A stretch of DNA of 64,000 nucleotides from a bacterium (lineage in GTDB: Bacteria > JAAXHH01): assembly GCA_965240335.1 (NCBI GenBank), contig CBDEKM010000008.1:311072-375071 (forward strand). The letters are read 5' to 3'. This document shows, piece after piece, positions 57,301-63,996 of the stretch. The notes under the pieces are model-generated. The model saw only the letters and a list, made by a program, of their open reading frames with translations. It had not been told where the DNA came from and did no database searches. Position 1 is the first letter of the stretch. Every line of letters begins with the position of its first letter. Position numbers and translations under genes: made by a program.

Positions 57301-58121
57301 GTACGGGTGAAGCCGAAGTAAGCGACGGTACGAGCGACCTGTCCATGAGTCTGGGTATGGTCGGTGTGCGCGCCCAGTTGGTCGGCGCTGCATCGGGCGG
57401 TCTGGACCTCGACCTGATCGGTGACGCAGGAATGACCAAGCTGTCGACGGCTGACAGCGAGTCCGCTTCCCTGAGCGACCTGGAAGCCAGCGTACAGCGC
57501 GTACGCGTGGGTCTCGAAGCTTCACGTACCTCCGACATGGGCAACGGCATGCTGGTAACGCCTTTCGCCCAGGTAGCCGGTCGGTATGACGCAGGTGACG
57601 GTGATACGGGTAACGGTCTTGAAGTTGCCGGTGGTCTTCGGATTGCCGGTGGCAGGGCTGGTCTCGAAGCCCGCGGTCGCCTGCTTGCCATGCATACTGG
57701 CGAAGAAGTCAAGGAGCACGGCGTGTCGGTGGTTGCTTACGTGAGGCCGATGGGCGCCGGCGGACAGGGTCTGTCGATGGCTATCGCTCCTCGTCTCGGC
57801 GCTGATACCGAAATGTCCAGTAACATCTGGCGCGAAGAACCGATGAACGACGTTAGAAGTTCGTCTCGGTCAGGCGTCGGTATGAAAGCTGAAATCGGTT
57901 ACGGTCTCCTGACTCCGATGATGAGCAGCATCGTGGTGACTCCGTTCGGTACGATGGACATGGCCGGTGATGACCAGCGCCGCATGCGTCTTGGCGCACG
58001 GTTCGGTTCCATCGGCGACACGACTACCGTACTGAGATTCGAGCTCGTTGGCGAGCGCATCGACGGCAACGGCCGTGCGACGGATCATCGCATCGGCCTG
58101 CTCGGTAGGATGAGCTTCTAA
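45327..58121 (+). CDS. Giant (4264 aa) surface protein: signal peptide, >35 Calx-beta/Ig-like repeat domains, Big_2-like domain, C-terminal autotransporter-like beta-barrel
   Basis: AAGGAG SD 9 nt before ATG 45327. Signal peptide MRYISRFKNSIRASSVYSLAFMFVFALAANL. Recurrent Calx-beta signatures (GEDYTVTGEG..ITVAAGDEMGMTILTIVPVDDDVYERDEMIVIGG). Penultimate Big_2-like unit. Final ~430 aa show alternating-hydrophobic beta-strand patterns and end in ...LLGRMSF. GC about 52% versus about 63% in flanks. Confidence 0.75.
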   Translation: MRYISRFKNSIRASSVYSLAFMFVFALAANLTTYEEAHAQRSIQLIVDAPDPAELMETGTATTVTLSAEHVVIDEDLALPTEAITITVKLPVLEGMNPDYAITDTDGTDDGMVELTLTGASSNTVNFTITPRDDSVFEADRTISLTGEASGYVVLAAKIKLLDDDHQLELSVEPSTVNEDKGEQTVIVTANLTEDAPLATTVPLTISPASTSFYTLSATALSIQISAGSSSGTAKFNITPVDNDTYDGNQKIKVDLNDAQSNLALREAKEIVLADDESPPALDLSVSPSSIKEANGAQTVTVTAKLTDGVLLSSSTVVTVNIAANDDQYTLSTKVLAITIRAKRDSGSARLTITPEPDGTYERHMAIGLTGRATILDDVNISDTATVTLLDDDQEVTLSVSPATVKGAAAEVVITALLDRPARDASGFDVPITIGEANPSAYSLSAETDVGLSGNGLTITVPTGSSMRSVTVTVTPVDVYAAGNAQYNRDVEIGVDVADAGPLGRSAKITLKDSIDRPKLELAVTPETVMEEPAMDDDANTDGVQTELTITATLDGGTFQGDFGVVVEISEDDDFYTVSSKEVTLTPAGSSSGPWTGTVMVTPDPDSKFEAYQTISFSAKATEASPPDGSDAIELTASDTVQLQDNDHHVTLAVEPSSVTEEGGEQTVIVTAELTAPAPIATTVPVTLSPTTSSFYSLDAHVLSIQIGAGASSGTAKLNVTPVDNNTYNGTQKIKVDIADSSPLVLRATKEIAVTDDENLPVMSLSVDPDEITEAGGAQTVSVTAKLMDGVILSTPTVVTVKVVDDDEQYALSSKEFAITIPANQATMSANLLITPEPDGTYESHLGIGLSAEATIKDGDDDVKLSAATTVTLLDDDQEVTLSVSPATVKGEATDVVITATLDRPARGVNGLTVPVMIATGGSHSLTDEDGNAIANGLVNIVVPTSASAQSITVTVTPAGDYATGTGYNRDVGIDVTVTSASNLLGREATITLKDSIDLPKLELAVTPETVMEEPAMDDDANTDGVQTELTITATLEGGTFGTDFEVVVEISENEDFYTLSANEVTFTISANGTSGTGTVNITPDPDSKFEAYQTISFSAKATEDVTEDAIELTASDTVQLQDNDHHVTLSVEPSSVTEDGGEQTVIVTAELTAPAPIATTVPVTLSPTTSSFYSLDAHALAIQIGAGSSSGTAKLNVTPVDNDTYNGTQKIKVDIADSSPLVLRASKEIVVTDDENLPVMSLSVDPEEITEADGAQTVSVTAKLMDGVLLSTPTVVTVKVADDDEQYALSSKEFAITIPANQATMSANLVITPEPDGTYESHMGIGLSAEATIKDGDDDVKLSAAATVTLLDDDQEVTLSVTPGTVKGDATEVIITATLDRPARGNNGLTVPVMIGASGDSGYSWSAEGVTSPSPGDVVNIVVPTSASEQSMAVTITPTGDYATGTGYNRDVGIDVTVTSASNLLGREATITLKDSIDLPKLELAVTPETVMEEPAMDDDANTDGVQTELTITATLEGGTFGTDFEVVVEISENEDFYTLSANEVTFTISANGTSGTGTVNITPDPDSKFEAYQTISFSAKATEDVTEDAIELTASDTVQLQDNDHHVTLSVEPSSVTEDGGEQTVIVTAELTAPAPIATTVPLTLSPTTSSFYSLDAHALAIQIGAGSSTGTAKLNVTPVDNDTYNGTQKIKVDIADSSPLVLRASKEIAVTDDENLPVMSLSVDPEEINEADGAQSVSVTAKLMDGVLLQTPTVVTVKVADDDEQYALSSKEFAITIPANQESMSANLVITPIPDGAYEAHMGIGLSAEATIKDGDDDVKLSATATVKLLDDDQEITLAVSTATVKGKATDVAITAMLDRPARGTNGLTVPVMIGADGDDQYTLSSEGTPSLAPGGTVNIVVATGTSAKSVTVTVTPAETYVATDMNYDRDVGIDVTIADGTALLGRSTKITLNDSIDLPKLELAVTPDTVMEEPAVDADNDAANGVQTRLTIMATLDGGTFTNNFDIVVEVSQDTDFYSVSLEEVTLTGSANGPWTGTVDITPDPDSKFEAYQTISFSAEATEQNPPAGSDAIELTASDKVQLRDNDHHVTLAVDPASVNEEDGVQTVEVTAMLTAPAPVATTVPVTLSPATSSYYSLDAHALAIEIGAGSSEGTKELNITPVDNDTYNGTQKIKVDIADSSPLVLRGSKEISVIDDESLPVLALTVDPSEVNEGGGAQSVSVTAELVDGVVLQTPTIVTVKVDADDDQYALSSKEFAITIPANRDSRSADLIITPKSDGLFEAHMAIGLSAETTIKDGDDDVDLSAAATVTLLDDDHEVTLSVSPGEVSEVGGSFPVTVKARLNSPAKSDLTIPVEIETYDENANSHPIGFTVTDTDNTPNDGMVDISIAAGKSEASTTVMIAATYNADHTENAVINVTGGDIALSVRPTTILIRDYEQVSIQLLASHPSITEAGGLQTVEITAEITPNAIGDDVAISLAVGGQATLNEDFGVSGLLEIEIGAGSTEGSTELTFIPVDDFVNEFNETITVSGSTVGGHSVSSVSIVLADNNEIPLASISAPSVELSEADDAVTEIAVTATLAGTSGEPINVVLDINGSATAGVDYEVSGDLRFSINPGDSSYTANVAITVLDDALYEGNETVVIEASASLGDLELPNRSQPLRYMIIDNDSAPMIALSVDVETINEGDEATDVTITATASSASAVNIPITLAKPGTAVIGEDFMVSSEQEDFIIIAGETTATKVVTITPIDDEIYEGDEHFMVNGTVPGSDGEIDVDGTMITLTDNDDVPTVALTVEPDMIAEGSEVEFTITATPSHMSSMPITIVLDKSGGSATLGEDFEIVAATEGEYVIEAMDSSATKMVTLSAIADMLYEQEEIIVVGGMSMAGDSEGIAVMTDEITLTDGDPMPMVTLMADMESINENGEAVDVTVTAMLSGLSSMPITVELAKSGSATKGEDYTVTGEGAITVAAGDEMGMTILTIVPVDDDVYERDEMIVIGGTAGDEIAQAASITLVDDDPMPMVVLMTDVVSITENGGAQEVTVTATLSGLSSLPITVELAKSGSATKDEDYTVTGEGSITVAAGDEMGMTILTIAPVDDDVYERDEMIVIGGTAGDEIAQAASITLVDDETKPIVELMTDVVSITEDSGAQEVTVTATLSGLSSMPITVELAKSGSATKGEDYTVTGEGSITVAAGEEMGMTILTIAPVDDVVYERDEMIVIGGTAAGDEVATTASITLVDDETMPTIALSVDTDSVMEDGGDQEVVVTATASGLSSMPIDVVLAKSGTAIKGEDYTVTGDGTITVAALAIDGVTTLTITPVDDDVYENDETIVVGGEGVLESATVTLVDDETMPMFTLMADPSAVMENAGPTPVVVTATASGLSSMPMTLTLLPLPDQGTITIGEDAGVTGDLFITVVPGALEGSTTLTALVIDDDIYEGDEYVVIVGNIGDMVTPSITLTIIDDEMQPTVTLSLDPEAVEEGGGAQPFTVSGEASGRSSMDMTVMLGPLPTSTVTLGEDGIVDGTMSFVISALETEGSTTLTAVPADDDLYETTEYLVVGGSVNGVPTANAVTLAIMDNDSPDVALSVSPTAIREDGGAQTVTVEVVMSGIPVPVPTDISLALSGTAGNADYTMSGTPTLQIAAGETTASTQLTFAVVPDDIYEPSNETIVLTANWNATNIGSATINVIDDYAPPSVISALPAISLEAGDSRQMDVAGTFSGRVLVFAATSSDVGIATATLSGSALTIEGVRKGAARVTVTATNDASSASYDIDVTVTAIAAEREVYTDILAAMARSIMSSVSQTIGGRFSVGAAERQIALANRRVDGMAAGLEAMISLSGAQSTRKYGITDDTTNRLSRQPVSTRELMRGTSFYYALDDAPQGGTNGGLSFTIWGAGDWNAFEGAHDVGTSYDGTVTSGYLGIDVSKTASWIAGVAVGRTMGTSDYDVTVTDGTLEATLNSVYPYVHWTGPGCCIEIWAIGGFGTGEAEVSDGTSDLSMSLGMVGVRAQLVGAASGGLDLDLIGDAGMTKLSTADSESASLSDLEASVQRVRVGLEASRTSDMGNGMLVTPFAQVAGRYDAGDGDTGNGLEVAGGLRIAGGRAGLEARGRLLAMHTGEEVKEHGVSVVAYVRPMGAGGQGLSMAIAPRLGADTEMSSNIWREEPMNDVRSSSRSGVGMKAEIGYGLLTPMMSSIVVTPFGTMDMAGDDQRRMRLGARFGSIGDTTTVLRFELVGERIDGNGRATDHRIGLLGRMSF
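46491..52263 (+). repeat. Four tandem 1443-bp (481-aa) super-repeats inside the giant gene; copies 2 and 3 include >550 bp of 100% identity
   Basis: Units start with LLDDDQEVTLSVSPATVKG... at about 46491, 47934, 49377 and 50820. Identical spurious antisense ORFs at 48504-48707 and 49947-50150 (offset exactly 1443) confirm the period. Flanking repeat sequence is about 97% identical. Confidence 0.85.
54056..55060 (+). repeat. Three near-identical tandem 330-bp (110-aa Calx-beta) repeats, within a longer array of diverged copies (about 53340-56100)
   Basis: PMVTLMADMESINENGEAVDVTVTAMLSGLSSMPITVELAKSGSATKGEDYTVTGEG...ASITLVDDD repeated with only a few substitutions. Antisense ORFs 54308-54538 and 54644-54874 are near-identical. 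Confidence 0.8.
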
Positions 58122-58201
58122 GGACCGAAACAAAAATACCTGTTCGGGGTCAGCCTTAAGCGCCGACCCCGAAGGGCGTTTCTCGAAACGCCTGGAACAT
58201 G

Positions 58202-58260
58202 AAAGGGCGTTTGCAGGATCCGGTAAAAGACCAACCGGAAAATGCAGACGCCCTTTTCTT
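58202..58260 (+). terminator. Candidate intrinsic terminator of the giant gene: 14-bp stem (AAAGGGCGTTTGCA / TGCAGACGCCCTTT, one G-U), structured 26-nt loop, U-tract
   Basis: Arms at 58202-58215 and 58243-58256 followed by TTTTCTTT. Two shorter GC hairpins sit upstream (58145-58171, 58175-58192) without U-tracts. Confidence 0.4.
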
Positions 58261-58437
58261 TGGTATCTGTTCTTCAGTAACTTGGCCGTTTAACTGCGGA
58301 AAATGTAATGCGGGACCTGAGGCAGGAATGGGGCTCACCAAACGGGAGGAATTGAAGAAAATCGGTTTAAGGAAACCCAACGCTGTGGTCAATACACAGA
58401 GGTTGACTGTTTAATCTTCAATCGATATTTCGTTTTG

Positions 58438-60348
58438 TTAAAGGAACTTTACTGCCGTGTTTTTCGGATGAGGGTATACGTCTCGAGATATTCGATAGGA
58501 TCTTAATGCCCCGATCATATCACCCTTCTTCTGTAGAAACTCTCCATTAAGGTTGTATAGCCAGGCCTGCATCGGTTTGGACGTCGCTTCGCGCTTTCTG
58601 TATTCGGCTAGCGATATCCAATCGGAGACCTGTTCCCAGTAGGTTTGATTGCCGTATCGAAGCAGGGATGTTGCCATACCGATCAGACCGGAGTATTGCT
58701 CCGCCGCAAGGTCTATCAAGCCGCCCATCGAATCGAGGTACAGCGGATTTCCAGAATAGGTGACTATGCCCAAATACCGGCCGTATTCAAACATCAACTG
58801 ATTTCGAAGGTGTCGTTCCCAACGATCGACCGGTTGACTGTGGACAAGGCGCGTGAAGAATTCCTGTCCGCCGTCGTGGGGGTATAGTTCTATCGTTCCG
58901 GATTCAATCTCCCTTATGGCTTCACACAGAAAGCCGTAGTACCTGACACAACGGATGGGAAACAAACTCGTGTCTCCAATCACGAAAAGTCTGCGGTCGT
59001 TACTGTCGATGTACCGTTGTAGAATTTCCTTCCGTATTGGGATTTTCTCGAATGGACCGTAGAGGCGGTTGCTGTATATGAGACCGTCCAATGCATAGAA
59101 ATCGACATCCGGGCGGAGGTTTTCCACGTACTTGAAATACCCGATCGGCAGGACATTGTCGCCGTTTACGAACAACGCCGTGTTTTCTGGCAGAAAATCC
59201 AGGATAGTCTTTACGTATTATTCGGCGAAGTCACTCTCCGAACGGTCATTTGATTCCAGATTTCGATGCACCGACCAGCCGGCCATCGTAGTGAGGAAAA
59301 CCGCCGATAGATCTGCAATCAACAGTGACCTTTGGACGGTCTGAAAATCGCTATTCTGAAAAAATCGAAATCGTACCTGATGAGGGTGATCAATACGATA
59401 CTGTTGCCGAGTAAAACGAGTAGTCCCGACACAACGTGATAAACCCGCCGATTTTTCAAGAGGACTACAAGACCGATCACGGCGAGTGCGAAACCTGGAA
59501 GTGTCAGTTGCCAGACCAGCTCGTTGCCCAGCCACTGCAAGTATTCCAACCTGTCGTGCCACCCCGCGCTTGGGCTTGCGTCAGCGTAAGCGTATCCCCT
59601 TCGACTTACGTAGATCCAGAACTTCCTGAGTGAATTGATCGGACCGTAAAAGCTGATGGGTGTAATCTGGTTCGAGCGCCATACCATCCAGATGTACGGC
59701 ACGATGGTGGACAGCAGCAAAGCGCCGATATGCCGGGTCAGATTCCGATATAGGAAACGCCTTACTGGTACGGCCGGAAAAACCAATCCAGGCGTGGACA
59801 GTATCATCAGCGGCCAGTGATTGGCGAGGCTGAACCCGTAACATATGGCGCCCATGGTCCAGACCCAGGTTCGGTTTGGTTGGCGGACGCCGTACAGCAC
59901 CAGCCCTATACAGTCCGAATAAAAACAGCGCGTTTAACGTGTAGACCTCGGTGATAATCGCCTGGGACCAGAAGTGCTCGGAGGCTGCGAACAGCCAGGA
60001 CGAGGCGAGGGACGGAACCATGGATACACTCATCAGACGGGCGCACAGGTAAACACATCAGCATGCCAATGTGCCCAGCACCGCGCTGGACAGATGTCCC
60101 AGGAAAGCTGGACTCCCGAACGGAAGCTGAGTAAAGAGATAGACGATGAGATTATGAACAGGGTATTCGGGTGGGTGGGCTACACCGAGATGCGCGCCGG
60201 CCATGAGAAACAGCCCGTCGTCTTCCAACACCACCGTCAGGGGCATCGTAAAAACATATAAGTCCAAAGGTCCAAAAACTGATGCGGCGAGCGCCGGTCC
60301 ATCGTTATTGGCGTCGAACCACTTCGAACCGTCACGGTTTCGATTCAT
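58438..60348 (-). pseudogene. DUF2723 (GT117/TMEM260-like putative protein O-mannosyltransferase) gene, fragmented by 2 in-frame stops and 2 frameshifts
   Basis: N-terminal fragment with the family signature GAHLGVAHPPEYP (60058-60348). In-frame TGA at 60058-60060 (...GTLAC*CVYLCARLMSVSMVPSL...). Frameshift near 59890. Frameshift at an A7/T7 run near 59350. In-frame TAA at 59218-59220 (...SDFAE*YVKTILDFLPENTALFVNGDNVLPIGYF...). Lower GC (~48%). Confidence 0.55.
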
Positions 60349-60506
60349 GGGGTGGTATCCTTAGATATCTTCCCTTTGCTGTTGACACTTATCTTAACTT
60401 ATTACAATATATGTAGGTTAAATGCTCTGAAAAGGCGGAATATCCGGCTATCCTGATGGTGGCCCTTCATATCTTGATGTCAGATGTAGTCCTAAGGGAG
60501 AAGACC

Positions 60507-60968
60507 ATGAAAACGCTAAAACGCGTATTAGCGGTAATCGCTGTGTCGACGGGCGTTGCGTGCGCACAAGCACCGCCTCCCCCTGAAGCAGTCTATCTGA
60601 ACTCGGAAAAAGCGGCTGACAGGAACCTCCCCTTTTCCGAGGCGGTACGCGTAGGACAAGTTTTGTATCTTTCAGGACAGATTGGCACGCAGCAAGGCTC
60701 ATTGGAAGTGGTTCCCGGCGGCATTCAGGCCGAAGCCGCTCAGACCATGGAGAACATAAAAGCGGTCCTGGAAGCAAATGGATCTTCCCTGGACCGGGTG
60801 GTCAAGGCAACGGTCATGCTGGCGGATATCGCGGAATGGCCAGCCTTTAATGAAGTGTACGTAACGTACTTTCCTGGTCCGAAACCAGCCCGCAGTGCAT
60901 TCGCGGGAAGTGGTCTGGCTCTAGGAGCCCGGTGCGAGGTCGAGGTGATTGCCCTGGTGGGAGAGTAG
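60507..60968 (+). CDS. RidA/YjgF family protein with signal peptide (periplasmic)
   Basis: Start ATG 60507 with AAGGGAGAAG upstream. Signal peptide MKTLKRVLAVIAVSTGVACAQA. RidA fold motifs (VRVGQVLYLSGQIG..., PARSAFAGSGLALGARCEVEVIA). Confidence 0.75.
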   Translation: MKTLKRVLAVIAVSTGVACAQAPPPPEAVYLNSEKAADRNLPFSEAVRVGQVLYLSGQIGTQQGSLEVVPGGIQAEAAQTMENIKAVLEANGSSLDRVVKATVMLADIAEWPAFNEVYVTYFPGPKPARSAFAGSGLALGARCEVEVIALVGE

Positions 60969-60996
60969 TGTTCTGAATAGACGCGAGGACGAAGAC

Positions 60997-61440
60997 ATGT
61001 CGAAAGGCAAGTTCTGGCACGATGGCGTGAAGTTCAGTTGTCAGCAATGTGGGCACTGCTGCACCTTTCCGGGCGGGTTCGTGTACGGCAGCGAAAAGGA
61101 ATTCCGGCGCATCGCCGAATACCTGAACCTACCCTTCGAGACCTTTCTGGAACGTTACACGGAGGAGATCGACGGGAAAGTCTCGTTGGTATCGCCGGAC
61201 AACGGACCGTGCGTTTTCTATGACAACGGATGTTCGATCTATCCGGTGCGGCCGTCCCAGTGCAGCAGCTATCCCTTCTGGCAGGACATTCTTAAATCCC
61301 GGAGACGATGGGAACGGGAAGCAGAGATGTGCCGGGGCATGGACCGCGGTAAGCAGTGGACTCGAAAGGAGATCGAGTCCCAGGTCAACGCGAGGGCAAC
61401 GAATCTCATGAACGCTGAATCGAGGGAGGACGAATCATGA
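60997..61440 (+). CDS. YkgJ family (UPF0153) cysteine-cluster protein
   Basis: Start at MSKGKFWHDG. CQQCGHCC ... CVFYDNGCSIYPVRPSQCSSYP cysteine pattern typical of YkgJ/Fe-S-or-zinc cluster proteins. Confidence 0.65.
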   Translation: MSKGKFWHDGVKFSCQQCGHCCTFPGGFVYGSEKEFRRIAEYLNLPFETFLERYTEEIDGKVSLVSPDNGPCVFYDNGCSIYPVRPSQCSSYPFWQDILKSRRRWEREAEMCRGMDRGKQWTRKEIESQVNARATNLMNAESREDES

Positions 61441-62795
61441 AAGAGGACATCACGGTCGACGAAGATCGTATCGACGAGGATCTTATAGACGAAGAAACCC
61501 GTTCTCCGCGGCTGAATCGGCGTGGCTTTCTAAGGATCGGCGCACTGGCCGGAGTCGCGGGCGTGGCAGCTGCGAGTTGCGCAGGGATGGATGGTGCGGG
61601 AGAAGGTGGAGGCGGCGCGGTCGAAGCGGTAAAGAGTCCGGAGGACGTCGCGGCCGATCTGCAGGATAACGTCTATACACGGATGCTCGGCGTACGGCCC
61701 CATGTCGGCGCCCATTCGCATCTGTCCAGTATGGGTGGTTCCCGCATGCCGCCGGAGGTCATGGAGGCGATGACCGAGGCCAATCGTTTCTTCGTGGATA
61801 TGCAGGACCTCCACGAAGCAGCCGGGCGCCGTCTCGCGGAAATCGCAGGCTCCGAGGACGCGCTGGTCTCGTCCGGCGCCTTCGCCGCGTTGCTCGTTGG
61901 CGCGGCCGGGGTCCTTACCGGGACCGATACGGAGCGCATGGCGGAACTGCCCCGTCCGACCTGGCCAAAGGTCGAATGCCTTTTTCAAACGCCGCACCGG
62001 TTCTTCTACGACATGGTCTTTCAGTACGCGGGCATGACGCTGGTGGAAGCAGATACGAGGGAAGCCTACGAGGCGGCGATCACGGACCGTACGGCCCTGC
62101 TCGTGGGGCTGTCCTTCATCGAGCATCAGAACACAGGGAGGCCGCCGTTTCCCGCGAAGTACCGCGAGCCGACCCCGGCGGAAACGCTCCTGCCGGAGGA
62201 GATCATCGAAATCGGCAAACGGAAAGGCGTGCCGGTCATGATCGACATGGCTTCCGACGTGCGCCCCATCAAAAACCTGAAGCGCTATATCGAAATGGGG
62301 GCAGACCTGGTCATCGTCAGCGGCGGCAAGGCGCTGCGGGGCCCCAATTCGTCGGGCATCCTGGCGGGTCGCGGGGATATCATCGAAGCCGCGCGGATGC
62401 AGAACGCGCCGAACAACGGGATCGGCCGGGGACTCAAGGTGGGCAAGGAAGAGATCGTCGGTCTCATCGCCGCGGTGGAGCAGTTCATCGCTATCGACGA
62501 AGACGAAATGATCGCGGAATGGAACCGGAAGGCCCAGTGGGTTGCGGATCAGCTCCAGGACATACCCGGTCTCGAGGCCAGTTACGAGATCAATACGGCC
62601 GGTTACGCCGACGTGGAACTGATCTGGGACCAGGAAATCATCTCCCTTTCCCGGGACGACGTCAACAAGGCGCTTAAGGAGGGCTCTCCGAGCATCATCT
62701 ACTACGGGGAAGGTATCTGCACCAAGCAGTTCGAGAACGGCGAGGAGGTCCTCGTCGCCAACCGGCTGCGTGAGTTATTTACAGCAGGAAGCTGA
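61437..62795 (+). CDS. SelA-like fold-type I PLP-dependent enzyme with twin-arginine (Tat) signal peptide
   Basis: Tat motif SPRLNRRGFLRIGALAGVAGVAAA. SelA-family blocks EDALVSSGAFAALLVGAAGVLTG and VIVSGGKALRGPNSSGILAGR (PLP lysine) align with E. coli SelA (EDALVVNNNAAAVLL..., [20 protein letters not shown]). Confidence 0.5.
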   Translation: MKEDITVDEDRIDEDLIDEETRSPRLNRRGFLRIGALAGVAGVAAASCAGMDGAGEGGGGAVEAVKSPEDVAADLQDNVYTRMLGVRPHVGAHSHLSSMGGSRMPPEVMEAMTEANRFFVDMQDLHEAAGRRLAEIAGSEDALVSSGAFAALLVGAAGVLTGTDTERMAELPRPTWPKVECLFQTPHRFFYDMVFQYAGMTLVEADTREAYEAAITDRTALLVGLSFIEHQNTGRPPFPAKYREPTPAETLLPEEIIEIGKRKGVPVMIDMASDVRPIKNLKRYIEMGADLVIVSGGKALRGPNSSGILAGRGDIIEAARMQNAPNNGIGRGLKVGKEEIVGLIAAVEQFIAIDEDEMIAEWNRKAQWVADQLQDIPGLEASYEINTAGYADVELIWDQEIISLSRDDVNKALKEGSPSIIYYGEGICTKQFENGEEVLVANRLRELFTAGS

Positions 62796-62886
62796 TAGAA
62801 TTTAGGTACGGTGTGGGCGTGATCGGCGGATGACCGATGGCCTGATTGACCGATGCTTTTCCTGTGACGGAGCGAACGAAGAACAA

Positions 62887-63996
62887 ATGACCGATGATCG
62901 GCTGACCTACGAAGATTCCGGCGTGGATTACGACCGGATCGATCCGCTGAAGGTCCTGGCCCAGCGGGCGGCACGGACCACGGGGATCAATCTGGAAGGC
63001 GCCGGCGTGCGCGAGGTGGCCGCCAGCCGTGGGGAATCGGCCTACGTCGTGGACATCGGCGACGCGTACCTGGCCTCCATCACCGAATGCCTGGGCACCA
63101 AGGCCCTTGTGGCCGACGCGGTGCGTGGGCCGTCGGGACGGACCTGGTACGACCATATTGCGCAGGACACCATCGCTACGGCCGTCAACGACATCATAAC
63201 CGTCGGAGCCCGGCCCCTGAGCATACATGCCTACTGGGCCGCGGGATCTTCTGACTGGTTCGACGACGAAGCGCGCATGAACGACCTGGTATCGGGTTGG
63301 AAGGCGGCCTGCGACGTGCTGGGCGTGACCTGGGGCGGCGGCGAGACCCCATGCCTGACGGGCGTGGTGGTAGAAAGCGCCATCGACCTGGCCGCTTCCT
63401 GCGTGGGGATCATACGCCCTAAATTGCGTCTCACCCTGGGGGAGGACCTGGCGCCCGGGGACGCGATCATCCTCCTGGAGAGCAGCGGTATCCACGCCAA
63501 TGGCCTCACCCTGGCCCGCAAGCTGGCGGAAAGGCTCCCGGATGGGTACGCCACGGCCATGGCCGATGGCCGGATGTACGGCGAGGCGTTGCTGGACCCC
63601 ACCGTGCTCTATCCTCCCGTGACCGAGGCGGCTTTCGAGGCCGGAATCGACCTGCATTACATCGCCAACATTACCGGCCACGGATGGCGTAAGATCATGC
63701 GCCATCCCGGAAGCTTCACCTACCGAATCACCGAAGTGCCGCCCGTGCCCGAGGTCTTGCGGTTTATGGCGGATGAGTCCCGGCAGACGCCGGAAGAAGC
63801 CTACGGCAGCCTGAACATGGGCGCGGGGTTCGCCCTCTTCGTCCCTCCCGGGGACGTGGGGAAGGCGGTGGCCTGTGCCGATAGGTGCGGCGTGCGGGCT
63901 TGGCATGCCGGCGTAGTGGAGGATGGCCCCCGCCAGGTGGTCATCGAACCGCTGGGGGTGACTTTGGCCGGCGAAAGCCTGGCTTTACGGGGTTGA
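62887..63996 (+). CDS. AIR synthase (PurM)-family protein, likely phosphoribosylformylglycinamidine cyclo-ligase
   Basis: N-terminus LTYEDSGVDYDRIDPLK is PurM-like (SYKDAGVDIDAGN). Blocks ECLGTKALVA, NDIITVGARPLSIHAYWA, ITGHGWRKI, LNMGAGFALFV match PurM. An upstream in-frame ATG at 62830 would add a 19-aa extension. Confidence 0.6.
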   Translation: MTDDRLTYEDSGVDYDRIDPLKVLAQRAARTTGINLEGAGVREVAASRGESAYVVDIGDAYLASITECLGTKALVADAVRGPSGRTWYDHIAQDTIATAVNDIITVGARPLSIHAYWAAGSSDWFDDEARMNDLVSGWKAACDVLGVTWGGGETPCLTGVVVESAIDLAASCVGIIRPKLRLTLGEDLAPGDAIILLESSGIHANGLTLARKLAERLPDGYATAMADGRMYGEALLDPTVLYPPVTEAAFEAGIDLHYIANITGHGWRKIMRHPGSFTYRITEVPPVPEVLRFMADESRQTPEEAYGSLNMGAGFALFVPPGDVGKAVACADRCGVRAWHAGVVEDGPRQVVIEPLGVTLAGESLALRG

